DNA of 64,000 bases. Origin: Dehalococcoidia bacterium. Its GTDB lineage: Bacteria; Chloroflexota; Dehalococcoidia; SM23-28-2; RBG-16-64-32. Below are positions 1-9,907 of this stretch, in pieces. Made by a program: the position numbers and the translations under genes. The stretch's first letter is position 1; each line of letters starts with the position of its first letter. The stretch spans positions 384,001 through 448,000 of the forward strand of contig CAXXTF010000002.1 in the NCBI GenBank assembly GCA_963665775.2. The letters run 5' to 3'. The notes beneath the pieces were generated by a model that saw only the letters and a list, made by a program, of their open reading frames with translations, was not told where the DNA came from and ran no database searches.

Positions 1-304
1 TCTCGCGCTCCATCGACAGGACCTCATCGAGCCGCTTCTGGATGTCCTCGAAGGCGGCGCTCAGGTTATAGCGCTCCAGGGTCTCCCGCCGCTGCTGCCG
101 GAGCTGCTGGAGCAGGTCACGCAGCCCCTCACGGCGCTGGCCCATGGGGTCGCGGAAACCGCGCTGCATCAGGTTTCGCAGGGCGTGCTGCAGGTCCCCG
201 AAGTTCATCAGGTCATCGGTCAGATCGGCCAGCAGGTGATCCGGGTCCAGGGGGGGGATATCCTGCGTTCCGTCCCACTCAGAGTAGCGGTAGCGAAATG
301 TCAT
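1..304 (-). CDS. VWA-domain protein, N-terminal part (runs off the window); partner of the adjacent AAA ATPase
   Basis: Manual translation MTFRYRYSEWDGTQDIPPLDPDHLLADLTDDLMNFGDLQHALRNLMQRG; the YRYSxWDGTQ start is typical of Rv0959-like VWA proteins found downstream of ChlI-like ATPases. Confidence 0.75.
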   Translation of the reverse strand, partial: MTFRYRYSEWDGTQDIPPLDPDHLLADLTDDLMNFGDLQHALRNLMQRGFRDPMGQRREGLRDLLQQLRQQRRETLERYNLSAAFEDIQKRLDEVLSMERE

Positions 305-329
305 GATAGCCCCTTATCTATTTCTAGTC

Positions 330-1727
330 CTAACCCCGGTACTGGTAGCGGCCAGCCTCCTTGTCCTTGTTTAGCCGCTTGTTCAGGTGCAGGCCTTCCA
401 GCACGAATTCCGCCGCCGAGGCCTGCAGCGATGGGCTTCCCTTTACCCCCAACCTCTCGATGGCCCCTTTCAGCCCTTCCGTCTGCTTGATGAGCTTGGT
501 ATACTCCGCCGCCGGCGTCATCTCTGAGACTTCCGCAGCGTGGCCGGCTTTGAAATGAGCCACCACGGGCTCTAGCTCGCTCAGGCTAAAGTAGCGGTTG
601 AACACAGCTTGTACCGCCCCCTGGATCAGCCGCTCGACGACCTGATCCAGGGGGCCATCGTCCACCGTCTCGAACTCCAGCTTGCCGGTCAGCGCCGGCA
701 CGAGGAACGGAAGGTCGCTCACCCTGGGCACGATCTTCTTCTCGCCCAGCCGGATGGACCGCCGCACAGCGTTGGCTAGCAGCGCCTCGTAGTCGGCGAT
801 GGAGGCGCGAACCGACACGCCGGAGCGCTGATTGATGTCCGGGCTACGCCGGGCCAGGCGGGTGATCTCCGCTACGATCTCCTTCATGTACGCCGGCACG
901 TTCAGCGCCCGTTCGTAATCCGCCTCGAAGTGCGCTCGTTCCTGCTCCATGATGGCGATCTCGTTCTCCGCGTTGCGCGGGTAATGGGTGCGGATCTGCG
1001 CCCCGTAGCGGTCCTTCAGCGGCGTGATGATGCGGCCGCGGTTTGTGTAGTCCTCCGGGTTGGCGGAGACGACTATGAGTACGTCCAGGGGCAGGCGGAT
1101 ACGGTAGCCCCGGATCTGGACATCGCGCTCCTCCATGATGTTCAGCAGCCCTACCTGGATGCGTTCAGCTAGATCCGGCAGCTCATTGAGGCAGAAGATG
1201 CCGCGGTTGTGGCGGGGGATCAGGCCATAGTGGATCGTATGCTCATCGGAGAGGTAGCGGCCCTCGGCTACCTTGATCGGATCCACCTCGCCGATGAGAT
1301 CTGCTATCGTGATGTCCGGCGTCGCCAGCTTCTCCCCGTAGCGGCGCTCTTTATCGAGCCACTCGATCTCGGCGTCGTCGCCTTCCCCGGCCACTAAGTC
1401 ACGGCAGTGCTGGCAGATGGGTTGATACGGGTTATCGTTGATCTCGCAGCCAACGATGGCCGGGACCTCCTCGTCGAGCAGGTTTACCAGCGATCGCATT
1501 AGGCGTGACTTCGCCTGTCCGCGCTCGCCCAGGAAGATAATATCCTGCCCGGACAGGATGGCGTTCTCCAGATGGGGCACGACCGTGTCCTCGAACCCGA
1601 TTATTCCGGGGAAGTGCTCCTCTCCCTTACGGATGCGCCCAATCAGGTTGTTCCGCATCTCCTGCTTAACGGTCAGCGCCCTGTAGCCAGAATTCCGGAG
1701 CTCGCCAACTGTCCTGGGCTTTACCAC
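330..1727 (-). CDS. AAA+ ATPase, Mg-chelatase ChlI-like (Rv0958-like)
   Basis: Walker A-like GERGQAKS, LNELPDL, SANPEDYTNRGRIITPLKDR; probable GTG start at 1727 (the ORF-track extension to 2210 looks non-coding). Confidence 0.85.
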   Translation of the reverse strand: MVKPRTVGELRNSGYRALTVKQEMRNNLIGRIRKGEEHFPGIIGFEDTVVPHLENAILSGQDIIFLGERGQAKSRLMRSLVNLLDEEVPAIVGCEINDNPYQPICQHCRDLVAGEGDDAEIEWLDKERRYGEKLATPDITIADLIGEVDPIKVAEGRYLSDEHTIHYGLIPRHNRGIFCLNELPDLAERIQVGLLNIMEERDVQIRGYRIRLPLDVLIVVSANPEDYTNRGRIITPLKDRYGAQIRTHYPRNAENEIAIMEQERAHFEADYERALNVPAYMKEIVAEITRLARRSPDINQRSGVSVRASIADYEALLANAVRRSIRLGEKKIVPRVSDLPFLVPALTGKLEFETVDDGPLDQVVERLIQGAVQAVFNRYFSLSELEPVVAHFKAGHAAEVSEMTPAAEYTKLIKQTEGLKGAIERLGVKGSPSLQASAAEFVLEGLHLNKRLNKDKEAGRYQYRG

Positions 1728-2055
1728 AGTATCCCTCGCCTCTTTAGCCGCTATCCGGGCAGCCCCGGCAATTCGGGGCCGCTTTGACTCTCCCCTTTGG
1801 CCAGAATGCGCGCCACGTCCTCTCTGCCGAAGCGGGGAAGCTTCTTCCGTTGATCGTGCCCCTCCATTATAGCGCCCCCCTCCGCCTTGAGCAGCCCGCC
1901 TCTCCACGAGGGGATATCGTTCGGCAGCTCGGTTGCATCCATGCGTGCCCGCATCATGTCCTCTGTCCCTCCCTCTGTCAACTCTCGCTTGGCCCGCCGC
2001 AGGGGGTGGGCGTATACTGGCTTCAGGTAAGCTGAGGTGGGAGGTCACACGACCG

Positions 2056-2721
2056 CTGTTTGGTATTGAGGACGCGCTCCTCGACGTAGCGACCGAGATC
2101 TTTGAAGCCATCGAGTGGCCTGGCGTCGTCTTCCTCATGGCTGTGGAGAGCGCAGCCATCCCCTTCCCCAGCGAGATCATCATGCCCCTGGCCGGCTGGA
2201 TCCTGGTCAAGGATCGAGGATTGGGGGAGGAGTGGCTCCTGTTGGCCGCCTTTTACGGGGCCCTGGGCAACACCATCGGCTCGCTTATAGCCTACTATGC
2301 TGGCGCCTGGGGTGGCCGCCGCCTGCTTCTGCGCTACGGCCGCTACGTCCTGGTGACCCCTCGCGATCTGGATAGGGCTGACCGCTGGTTTCAGCGCTAC
2401 GGCGAAGTGACAGTGTTAGTCAGCCGTATGCTGCCGGTGATCCGCACCTTTATCAGCGTCCCCGCCGGCATCGCTCGCATGAACGTCTGGCGGTTCACTG
2501 TACTCACCTTCGTCGGTTCCTTCCCCTGGTCTTTGGGCCTGGCCTGGGGCGGTTTCCTCCTGGGGGAAAACTGGGAGCGCATCTCCGACTATCTCCGGCC
2601 CGTGGCCATACCGATTGCTGTAGCCCTTTTGCTCCTGGGCGGCTACTACGTCTACCGTCGCCTCCGGGAGGTGAGCCGGTCGGAACCTCCCGCGCTGGCG
2701 CCGGATGACCCGGAGGCTTAG
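2056..2721 (+). CDS. dedA: DedA family membrane protein
   Basis: ESAAIPFPSEIIMPLAG and RMLPVIRTFISVPAG motifs; start uncertain (CTG at 2056 after GGAGGT). Confidence 0.9.
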   Translation: MFGIEDALLDVATEIFEAIEWPGVVFLMAVESAAIPFPSEIIMPLAGWILVKDRGLGEEWLLLAAFYGALGNTIGSLIAYYAGAWGGRRLLLRYGRYVLVTPRDLDRADRWFQRYGEVTVLVSRMLPVIRTFISVPAGIARMNVWRFTVLTFVGSFPWSLGLAWGGFLLGENWERISDYLRPVAIPIAVALLLLGGYYVYRRLREVSRSEPPALAPDDPEA

Positions 2722-3991
2722 CCCCGGCTCCCTCCGAGGCGAGCTGGTTCTCCCCTTGGGCCGCGGGCTGTCTAACGCCTTGGGGCCGCTATCCGGATGC
2801 GGATTGCGGCGGCTTCTCCTCGCTTCGGCCTTTCTCCTCCCTCTTCTGCTGGCCGCTTGCGGCGGCTCCGGTTCCGATCCGGCAACGGCAACCCCTGTGG
2901 CCACGGTTACCCTCGTCCCGACAGCCACCTCGTCGCCGGGCTACGACTTCCTCTACCGCGAGTTTGGGCGGGAGCGGGACATCATCTGGCGGGTCGACCC
3001 GGCCGCCCCCGGCCAGCGAGAGCAGGCGGCGGTTATCCCCCATCGTACCGGCTGGGGTATCGTGCCCTCGCTGTCGCCCGGCGGTAGGCAACTGGCCTAT
3101 ACGTCCTTTCCGGAAGGGGCGTTGGACCCGGCGTCTCAGTCCGAGGTCTACCTCCTGGATCTGGAGAGCGACACGCGTGAGCTCATCGCCGAGGGCGTAG
3201 ATCTACGCCTGCCTCCCGTCTGGTCACCGGACGGAAGCCTCCTGTTTCTAAGGCGGATCACAGGGACGGAGGTCATGATCCTCCAAGTGGAGCTGACCGG
3301 CTCCGAGGATAGCCCCGACCGCATCCGGATCACCCTTCAGGCCGACCTGACCGATGTTTTGACCTTTGTCCCCGTGGGCTTTACGGCAGACGAGCGCTCA
3401 ATCTACCTCGCTCAGGTACAGGGCGGGGCCGGTGGCGGAACCGTGTTGGGCCTCTATGCGCTCGGCGGCACGCCGCCGGTCAGTCCGGCGTCGCGGGCGA
3501 TCCCTGTCGTCCGCCTCAGCGAGGACGGGATCGCCCGCGGTTACGCCCTGAGCCCGGACTCAGGGCGGCTCGTCTTCCTTGTCCAAGAGCTAATCGAGGG
3601 GAGACTCCTCTTCAGAGCTTCCGTCGCCGATCTCGGCGGTGGGAGCGTGGCCCCTCTCCCTACTGATAGCCTCGGCGATGGCGATCACCTGCATCCGCTA
3701 TGGCATCCAGATGGGAGCCGCATAGCGCTGGGGCAGCCGTCCTCGGCGGGCGAGGCCGCTGCCGTGGCCCTGGTGGCCGTGGACGGTGGTGCGCCGTCCT
3801 TCCTCGCGCCCCCTGACAGCGGGTTCGACGTGCCCTTGAGCTGGGCCCCTGACGGGTCATACCTGGCGCTGATCTCCAGGGATAGTGCTGACCCGGGAAA
3901 GAGGCTGCTGGTATTCGTCTCGGCTTCTGGGGAGCGGGTCGCGGTGGCCGCTGGGGTGGATGTGCTGGTGGTGGGCTGGGTCAGGCGGTAG
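2705..3991 (+). CDS. Lipoprotein with TolB-like/PD40 beta-propeller repeats
   Basis: Lipobox LLAAC, Pro/Thr linker, repeated WSPDG/LSPDS/WHPDG/WAPDG motifs; true start probably further downstream. Confidence 0.75.
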   Translation: MTRRLSPGSLRGELVLPLGRGLSNALGPLSGCGLRRLLLASAFLLPLLLAACGGSGSDPATATPVATVTLVPTATSSPGYDFLYREFGRERDIIWRVDPAAPGQREQAAVIPHRTGWGIVPSLSPGGRQLAYTSFPEGALDPASQSEVYLLDLESDTRELIAEGVDLRLPPVWSPDGSLLFLRRITGTEVMILQVELTGSEDSPDRIRITLQADLTDVLTFVPVGFTADERSIYLAQVQGGAGGGTVLGLYALGGTPPVSPASRAIPVVRLSEDGIARGYALSPDSGRLVFLVQELIEGRLLFRASVADLGGGSVAPLPTDSLGDGDHLHPLWHPDGSRIALGQPSSAGEAAAVALVAVDGGAPSFLAPPDSGFDVPLSWAPDGSYLALISRDSADPGKRLLVFVSASGERVAVAAGVDVLVVGWVRR

Positions 3992-4046
3992 GCGCCTCCC
4001 GGCCGAGTCATTGTGCTATACTTTTTACCCAGAGGTAGCTGTTTAG

Positions 4047-4547
4047 ATGCTCAAACCGTTGATCAATGCTGTCAGGCGAAATCACGCCTTGGAGCATGCC
4101 ACAGTCTCGGTCATCCTGAGCCGACATGGCCAGCACACTCGAGTTCTGGGTCGGGCTACACGAGATGGTTTCTACATCTACAGCGATGTTCCGACGGACA
4201 GACTCACCGAGTTTGCCCACGAGGGGCTGGCCCGCCTCCAGCGGGGCGAGTCCCATCTTGCCGTCTCGCCCCTGTGCGGCACTAACCTGGCCGTTGCCGG
4301 GCTCCTATCCGGCCTGGCCTCCTACACAGTCGCCGCTGGCCGCAACAATCGGCGGGGTGGCCTACCTGCTGCCCTAATGGCCGGCATGCTCGCCGTACTG
4401 GTTGCCCAACCGCTCGGCCGCATTGTGCAGAAGCGATTCACGACTTTGGCGAAGATGGATGGCGTGCGCATCGTCTCTGTTGAGCCCATGGGCAAGCGCC
4501 TCCACGGCGTCCACAAAGTCCGCACCGAATCCTCCACTGGGCTCTGA
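4047..4547 (+). CDS. DUF6391-like conserved protein
   Basis: RRNHALEHAT and LAVSPLCGTN motifs, two C-terminal hydrophobic helices. Confidence 0.7.
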   Translation: MLKPLINAVRRNHALEHATVSVILSRHGQHTRVLGRATRDGFYIYSDVPTDRLTEFAHEGLARLQRGESHLAVSPLCGTNLAVAGLLSGLASYTVAAGRNNRRGGLPAALMAGMLAVLVAQPLGRIVQKRFTTLAKMDGVRIVSVEPMGKRLHGVHKVRTESSTGL

Positions 4548-4593
4548 CCGGCGACGGGCATCTCACGCTCTGGCCTGCTTCCTTGTGGCTCGG

Positions 4594-4965
4594 TCAGGCC
4601 TCTGGGGAGGGATCAAAGTCTACCGCTATCGGTAGAGCGTTCCGCTCCCACTCGGAGAGGTCGCTACTGTAGCCTGGTTGGTACTTCGCTCGCAGCAGCC
4701 GGCGGGCCTGCCCATCCTCGTCCGACCCCTCTCGGACGATTCGCGCCACGCCCGTCATCTGTATGTCGGCGACCCGGACACCGACGGACGGCGTATTCGC
4801 TAGGTTCTTGACCCAGTCCGACCTGTCGCGGCCACCGGAGAGAATGTAGAGCGTGTTCCCCACTAGCCCGAACCAGATCTCGATCTCGTGTGGGTTGCCG
4901 GTGACCCGGCCAACCGTGGTCAGGTAACAGAACTGCTCTGCCGCGTGGCGTTCCTCAAGGGTCAT
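4594..4965 (-). CDS. F420 (deazaflavin)-dependent nitroreductase-family oxidoreductase (Ddn-like)
   Basis: LTTVGRVTGNPH and SDWVKNLANTPSV split-barrel motifs. Confidence 0.8.
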   Translation of the reverse strand: MTLEERHAAEQFCYLTTVGRVTGNPHEIEIWFGLVGNTLYILSGGRDRSDWVKNLANTPSVGVRVADIQMTGVARIVREGSDEDGQARRLLRAKYQPGYSSDLSEWERNALPIAVDFDPSPEA

Positions 4966-5040
4966 GGCGCCTGCTTCTTTAGCTGACGGTCGTGTAGGCC
5001 GCCCACATCGTTCTCTGGCTACGAGGGTGAAGGCGGGCGG

Positions 5041-5937
5041 TTAACCGGATTCCGGCTCTCCCCAGCGCCTCTCGATGTCGTGGAGGAAGCGTTCCATCTC
5101 TGAGGATAGCTTCGGGGAATCTTCACTGGCGCTCTCCAACTTGGCATCATAGGAAGCCTCAAGCTCTCGCATCATCTCCTGCGCGCGAGGGTCTTGCCGG
5201 ATGCTATCGTCCAGGGCGGCGGACTGGCGATCTCGCTCCTCGCGCAGGCTATCGGTGTCCAGTGAGAGGTCGTGGATGCGCGACAGGAGATCGAGGAGGG
5301 CTTCCAGGCCGCCGTAGTCCCGTTCCAGCTGGGCGTAAGCGGGCAGCTGGAGGATCATGCTCAAGGTGTCGATTCCCAGTTCCTGGGCCCGGTTAACAAC
5401 GAGAGTGAGTATCGTCGTGGGCCCCTCATATGTACTCTCCCTTAGGCCTAACTCCTGTAGTCGCTGCTGAAGCGCCTCGTCGCTGGCCCGGCCGCTCACA
5501 ATGGGCGGCCTGGTGTGAGGCACCGGCGCGTACATAGAGCCGATGAGACAGTACTGGCGCACGCCAAGGTACTTCATGAGCTCCAACAAGGAGTCGACGT
5601 AGTCCTCGCCGTGGCTGTGGGGTTCCAGGGCGTGGAGGAGTAGCCAGTCCTGACCGCCTGCCGGCCTAGCATGATGCAGGAAGGTGTTGGGAATCGATAC
5701 CTCCCGTTTCCCGTCCTTCAACTCTGTCACGGGGCGGTATCGGGTGAAGTCGTAGAACCTGCCGGGGTGGCTTAGCTGAGCCAGCGGCCGGGCTCGCCAA
5801 GCTTCCTCTAGGAAGCCGAGGGCCATCGTCCCTACGGAACCGACGTCTACCCACGGTTGGAGAGACACGAGCAGGCGAGGGTGGTCTAGATGCGGGACCG
5901 GATCATGAAGTTCGAAGGCGCCGATCTGCGTGGCCAT
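5041..5937 (-). CDS. PAC2 family (proteasome assembly chaperone-like) protein
   Basis: WVDVG, FYDFTRYRP, VPHTRP and YEGPT motifs. Confidence 0.85.
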   Translation of the reverse strand: MATQIGAFELHDPVPHLDHPRLLVSLQPWVDVGSVGTMALGFLEEAWRARPLAQLSHPGRFYDFTRYRPVTELKDGKREVSIPNTFLHHARPAGGQDWLLLHALEPHSHGEDYVDSLLELMKYLGVRQYCLIGSMYAPVPHTRPPIVSGRASDEALQQRLQELGLRESTYEGPTTILTLVVNRAQELGIDTLSMILQLPAYAQLERDYGGLEALLDLLSRIHDLSLDTDSLREERDRQSAALDDSIRQDPRAQEMMRELEASYDAKLESASEDSPKLSSEMERFLHDIERRWGEPESG

Positions 5938-6066
5938 CTGTAACCACATTTTGTCACGACTTGCCGCTGCATGCACGCGACGCCGCTGACCGAAGCCCTT
6001 CCAGAGGCGGCTGACCGTCTATCTTGGACTGACTGCCTAGGGTCTCGTACAATGGAGATTGTAGCT

Positions 6067-6522
6067 ATGGATGCCCCTCAGCAGATCCAGCCCTCCGGCC
6101 TCGGCGACTACCTGGCGGTCATGAGCAAGGCCGTCTTCCAGGTTGGCATCTCCTGGAAGGTCGTCGAGAGCAAGTGGCCCGGCATCCGCGATGCTTTCCG
6201 GGGCTTCGAGCCTCTCGCTGTCGCCTCCCTCAACGAGAAGGAGCTGGAGGAGCTGGGCAACGACAGGCGCATTATCCGCAACCGACGTAAGATCGAAGCG
6301 ATCGTGGAGAACGCCCGCCAGATGATCGAGCTGGACGAGAAACACAGCGGGTTTAGCAATTACCTCCGCTCACACGGCGACTTTGACGCCACCGCAGCCG
6401 ACCTGCGCAAGCGCTTCCGCTTCCTTGGCGAATTCGGCACCTACTACTTCCTTTACGTCGTCGGCGAGGAGGTGCCGCTACACGAGGAGTGGGCCCGCGC
6501 CCGCGGCATCGAGATGCGCTAG
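6067..6522 (+). CDS. DNA-3-methyladenine glycosylase I (Tag)-like protein
   Basis: VFQVGISWKVVESKW, IIRNRRKIEAIVENA and KRFRFLG motifs. Confidence 0.8.
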   Translation: MDAPQQIQPSGLGDYLAVMSKAVFQVGISWKVVESKWPGIRDAFRGFEPLAVASLNEKELEELGNDRRIIRNRRKIEAIVENARQMIELDEKHSGFSNYLRSHGDFDATAADLRKRFRFLGEFGTYYFLYVVGEEVPLHEEWARARGIEMR

Positions 6523-6603
6523 GGCTGATCCGGGCAACGCTGCCAGCCGGCGGCATCATTCTTTTCAGCGGGCAGCTATTGGGTTAACCTGGTACGGGGA
6601 TGC

Positions 6604-6679
6604 GCCCCCGTAGCTCAACGGACAGAGCATCTGCCTTCTAAGCAGAGGGTTGCAGGTTCGAATCCTGCCGGGGGCACCA
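6604..6679 (+). tRNA. tRNA-Arg(TCT)
   Basis: GCCCCCG acceptor stem, anticodon arm TCTGC-cttctaa-GCAGA, GGTTCGAATCC T-loop, encoded CCA. Confidence 0.95.
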
Positions 6680-6730
6680 GACCGGCTATAATCTAGACGT
6701 TCCCTTGCCTAGCTGGAGGGACCGTGGGAG

Positions 6731-6835
6731 CTAGCGAAGCGCTTCACCGAAGTAGTTGAGCAGGCCTGCACCGGCCACCGCTACTGCGGCTATGGCCACC
6801 ATGAAGACAGCGGTCTCGACAATCCGTCTGACCAT
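6731..6835 (-). CDS. Small single-TM peptide (34 aa), below the ORF-track cutoff
   Basis: MVRRIVETAVFMVAIAAVAVAGAGLLNYFGEALR, purine-rich upstream sequence. Confidence 0.45.
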   Translation of the reverse strand: MVRRIVETAVFMVAIAAVAVAGAGLLNYFGEALR

Positions 6836-7075
6836 CTCTCTACCCCCATTCTTGTCAGGCTTCTGCCTTCAGCATGAGGTCAGACTCTCGCCAAAATGTC
6901 GCCGGGACAGCGCTAGCGATCGTCCTGCTCCGCAACGCGGCCGTCTGCTGTTGGTGGCTACCGCCCAGATCCGCTTCAACCGAGCGACGCACGGCATTCG
7001 ATGGCTTTGTGATCGATTCTAACGAGGGTCGGGCTTCCCCGAGCAGCTCGTTTAGCCGCTTTGCACCTGGCAGTC

Positions 7076-8232
7076 CTATCTCTTCCCCACGGCTTCGAGC
7101 GTCACCGCCCGCCTCAAGGCCTCCTCGTACTCGCTGTCCTGACCCTGGGCAGCCAGCTCCCGCGCCAGCATCTCCCCCTCCCCGCACGGCTCGATGCGTA
7201 CCCGCTCTTGCCGTACCTCCTGATCCCCCTCCCGGCGCAGCGTCAGGTGCAACGGGTCGTCGACCATGGTGATGGAGAGCGATGCTCGGTCTCGTTGTCT
7301 ACCCTGAAGCCGCACGGCGCTCACCGAGCCAGGCTTCATGCCGGGGCACCCTTCGCGCGGCCTGACGTTGACGGAGACCCGGCGCCTGCCCGATAGCATA
7401 GTGAAGCCGCCGTCCGATCCTGGCCGGAAAGGCTGCCCTGTCTCCCAGCCGAGGCGGGCCGCCAGCCATCCCAGGAGCAGCAGCGCCTGGCTGGGTGGCC
7501 TCTGCCGCCCGCCTTTCGTGAAGCCGATCTCCACCGCCGTGATCGGTTCCAGGCGGCGCCTCATGTCGGGCATTTCGCCGTATTGGGCTAGCGCCTGACG
7601 CCACGGTGTCAGGCGGCTCCAGTTCAGATCGCCGACGCCGCAATTCGGGCGCTCTCGGCGGAGCTGGGCCAGCCGGCCCAGTCCATCGCCAGACCGGCTG
7701 AAGCGGGCCGAGTCCGCGATGAAGCGGTCCGCGTTGCCGATCATCTCCTCGAGGATATGGGGGTTGTGGGCAAGCTCCCCGGTCCACCAGACGTACACGG
7801 GCAGGTCCGATACCAGCAGCGGTACGATGATGCTGTGCGGGTGGTAGGCCACGCGACCGGTCAGCCCCTCAGGGTTAGCTCCTCGCAGCAGACCTGCTGC
7901 TGCAGGCCCGGGCTGAGGTGGCAGTGGGCTGCCAGGTTCGCATCGATCCGTGACCGCGCCTCCGATGGCTTCGTCACCGCAATGATGGCTCGCGAAGCGT
8001 GGTGGCTGGGCAGGGCCGCAATGACTTGACCCGCCTCGCGGGCGGCCTTTCCGTCGGCGGCGTGGACGACTAGATTGAAAAGGCTGGTTCGAATGGCGAA
8101 TGTGTCGTCCCCTTCGGTTCCCCCCGCCGCCTCCTACCGTAGGCCGAGGAGCTCGGACTCGATTCTCTCGATGTCTACCGCCCGCCCGGACCAGGTCAGG
8201 GTGCTCTCACCTTGCCTTAGAGCCGCCGCCAT
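7076..8232 (-). pseudogene. opcA: OpcA (G6PD assembly protein), disrupted
   Basis: ATG at 8232 overlaps the zwf end; in-frame TAG at 8134-8136 and a frameshift near 7865; DLPVYVWW and DLNWSRLTPWR motifs downstream. Confidence 0.85.
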
Positions 8233-9773
8233 TGGCGGCCTCCGTCACTTTCCATGAGAGCGGTGGCACCCTGTGGCCCCCAGGTGCCAGCCTCGTACTC
8301 AGGGAGGGGGCGGGCCGCCATCTGACGCCATCCCTCAAGGATGTCCGTCGTGATCGTCCAGGCTACCTCCACCTCATCGCCGCGGGTGAACAGCGTGGAG
8401 TCGCCCTGCAGGGCATCCAGCAACAGCGTCTCGTAGGCGGAAGGGGGTTCCACCAGGAATGAGGAGCCGTACAGGAAGTCCATGTTCACGGGCCGGAGGC
8501 GCACCGGCGAGCCGGGTACCTTAGCGTGAAACTTGAGCGTAATCCCCTCGTTGGGCTGGATCCGCATGGTCAGGATGTTTGGCTCCAGGGCGGAGACGTC
8601 GGTGATGTCGCGGAAGAGGAGGTGGGGCGCCCGCTTGAAATGTATCGCCACCTCAGTGCTCCGTTTGGGCAGTCGCTTACCGCTGCGCAAGTAGAAAGGC
8701 ACATCCGCCCAACGCCAGTTGTCCACGTACAGCTTGAGCGCTACGAACGTCTCCGTCCGTGATTCGCCGGACACTCCCGGTTCCTCTCGATAGCCGGGCA
8801 CCTCCTCGCCGGACACCCAGCCCTGGCTGTACTGACCCCGCGCGGTGCATCTCTCCACCTCAGCGCCCCGCAAGCGCCGGATGGCTTGCAGCACCTTCAC
8901 CTTCTCGTCCCGCACCGAGCGGCCGTCGAAGGTTGTCGGCGGCTCCATCGCCACCAGGGAGAGCAGCTGCATCAGATGGTTCTGCACCATATCCCGCAGT
9001 GCGCCCGCCTCCTCGTAGTAGCCACCCCTTCGCTCCACGCCGACGCTCTCGGCCACGGTTATCTGCACGTGGTCCACGTATCGTCGGTTCCATATGGGCT
9101 CGAATATCCCGTTGGCGAAGCGGAACACCAGGATGTTCTGAACGGTCTCCTTGCCCAGGTAGTGGTCGATGCGGTAAATCTGGTCCTCTGTGAGTACCGA
9201 ATGGATCTGGCGGTTAAGTGCGCGCGCCGACTCCAGGTCGCGTCCGAACGGCTTCTCAACTATGACCCGAGTCCAGGCCCGGCTATCGTCGTGATCGCCC
9301 ACCAGATCGCAGTCGCCCAGCCGCTCGATGATCAACGGATATGTGCTGGGGGGAACCGCCAGGTAGTACAGGTGGTTACCGGCGGTGCCCCGCTCCTGTT
9401 TGAGCGTTTCCAGGGTGGAGGCTAGCCTCCGGAGGCTAGCCTCGCTGTGGTACTCCCCCGGCACGTAGAACAGCCCTTTAGCGAAGCTCTCCCAGACGGC
9501 CTCGTCTACCGGCCGACGGGAAAATTGCTTCACGGCCTCAAGGGCCTGGTTTCGGAACTGCTCATCGCTGAGCTCCGTGCGGGCGAAGCCTACCACCGCG
9601 AACCGCGGCGGCAGCTGCTGGTCCAGAGCTAGATCGTAGAGCGCCGGCAGCAGCATCCGGCGGGTCAGATCGCCGGAGGCGCCGAAGATGACCATCGCGC
9701 AGGGATCAACGGCTAGGTCTGAGCGCATCGTCTCTGACGGTGTGACGGCCGAGGGGGATGTCTGGCCGCTCAT
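8217..9773 (-). CDS. zwf: Glucose-6-phosphate 1-dehydrogenase
   Basis: [15 protein letters not shown] and [15 protein letters not shown] motifs. Confidence 0.97.
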   Translation of the reverse strand: MSGQTSPSAVTPSETMRSDLAVDPCAMVIFGASGDLTRRMLLPALYDLALDQQLPPRFAVVGFARTELSDEQFRNQALEAVKQFSRRPVDEAVWESFAKGLFYVPGEYHSEASLRRLASTLETLKQERGTAGNHLYYLAVPPSTYPLIIERLGDCDLVGDHDDSRAWTRVIVEKPFGRDLESARALNRQIHSVLTEDQIYRIDHYLGKETVQNILVFRFANGIFEPIWNRRYVDHVQITVAESVGVERRGGYYEEAGALRDMVQNHLMQLLSLVAMEPPTTFDGRSVRDEKVKVLQAIRRLRGAEVERCTARGQYSQGWVSGEEVPGYREEPGVSGESRTETFVALKLYVDNWRWADVPFYLRSGKRLPKRSTEVAIHFKRAPHLLFRDITDVSALEPNILTMRIQPNEGITLKFHAKVPGSPVRLRPVNMDFLYGSSFLVEPPSAYETLLLDALQGDSTLFTRGDEVEVAWTITTDILEGWRQMAARPLPEYEAGTWGPQGATALMESDGGRQWRRL

Positions 9774-9859
9774 TCCCTCTTCACCTGGTGGCCTCCCTTT
9801 AGCAACCGCTGGGCCATGTTCGACCCCATCCGGCCCAGCCCAACGAGACCGAGTTCCAT
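9770..9859 (-). pseudogene. gnd: 6-phosphogluconate dehydrogenase remnant (29 codons, internal deletion)
   Basis: Manual translation [29 protein letters not shown], with AAGGAGG RBS, lying between tal and zwf; stop overlaps the zwf ATG. Confidence 0.85.
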
Positions 9860-9907
9860 ACGGCTAGCCTCCTTCTCGGCGCGCGCTAACAGTCAGCGCC
9901 GGCGCTG

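Noticed and set aside
330-1727. Chlorophyll or cobalamin chelatase function
   Set aside because: No chelatase H/N subunit or tetrapyrrole genes are nearby; the VWA partner fits the non-chelatase Rv0958/Rv0959-like family.
1728-2210. Long N-terminal extension of the AAA ATPase in the ORF track
   Set aside because: It overlaps divergent promoter sequence and dedA and has no protein-like character; GTG at 1727 fits the family start.
8134-8136. Genome-wide TAG recoding (alternative genetic code)
   Set aside because: Many clearly complete genes here end in TAG (for example aroA, gmk, trpE), so TAG is a normal stop.
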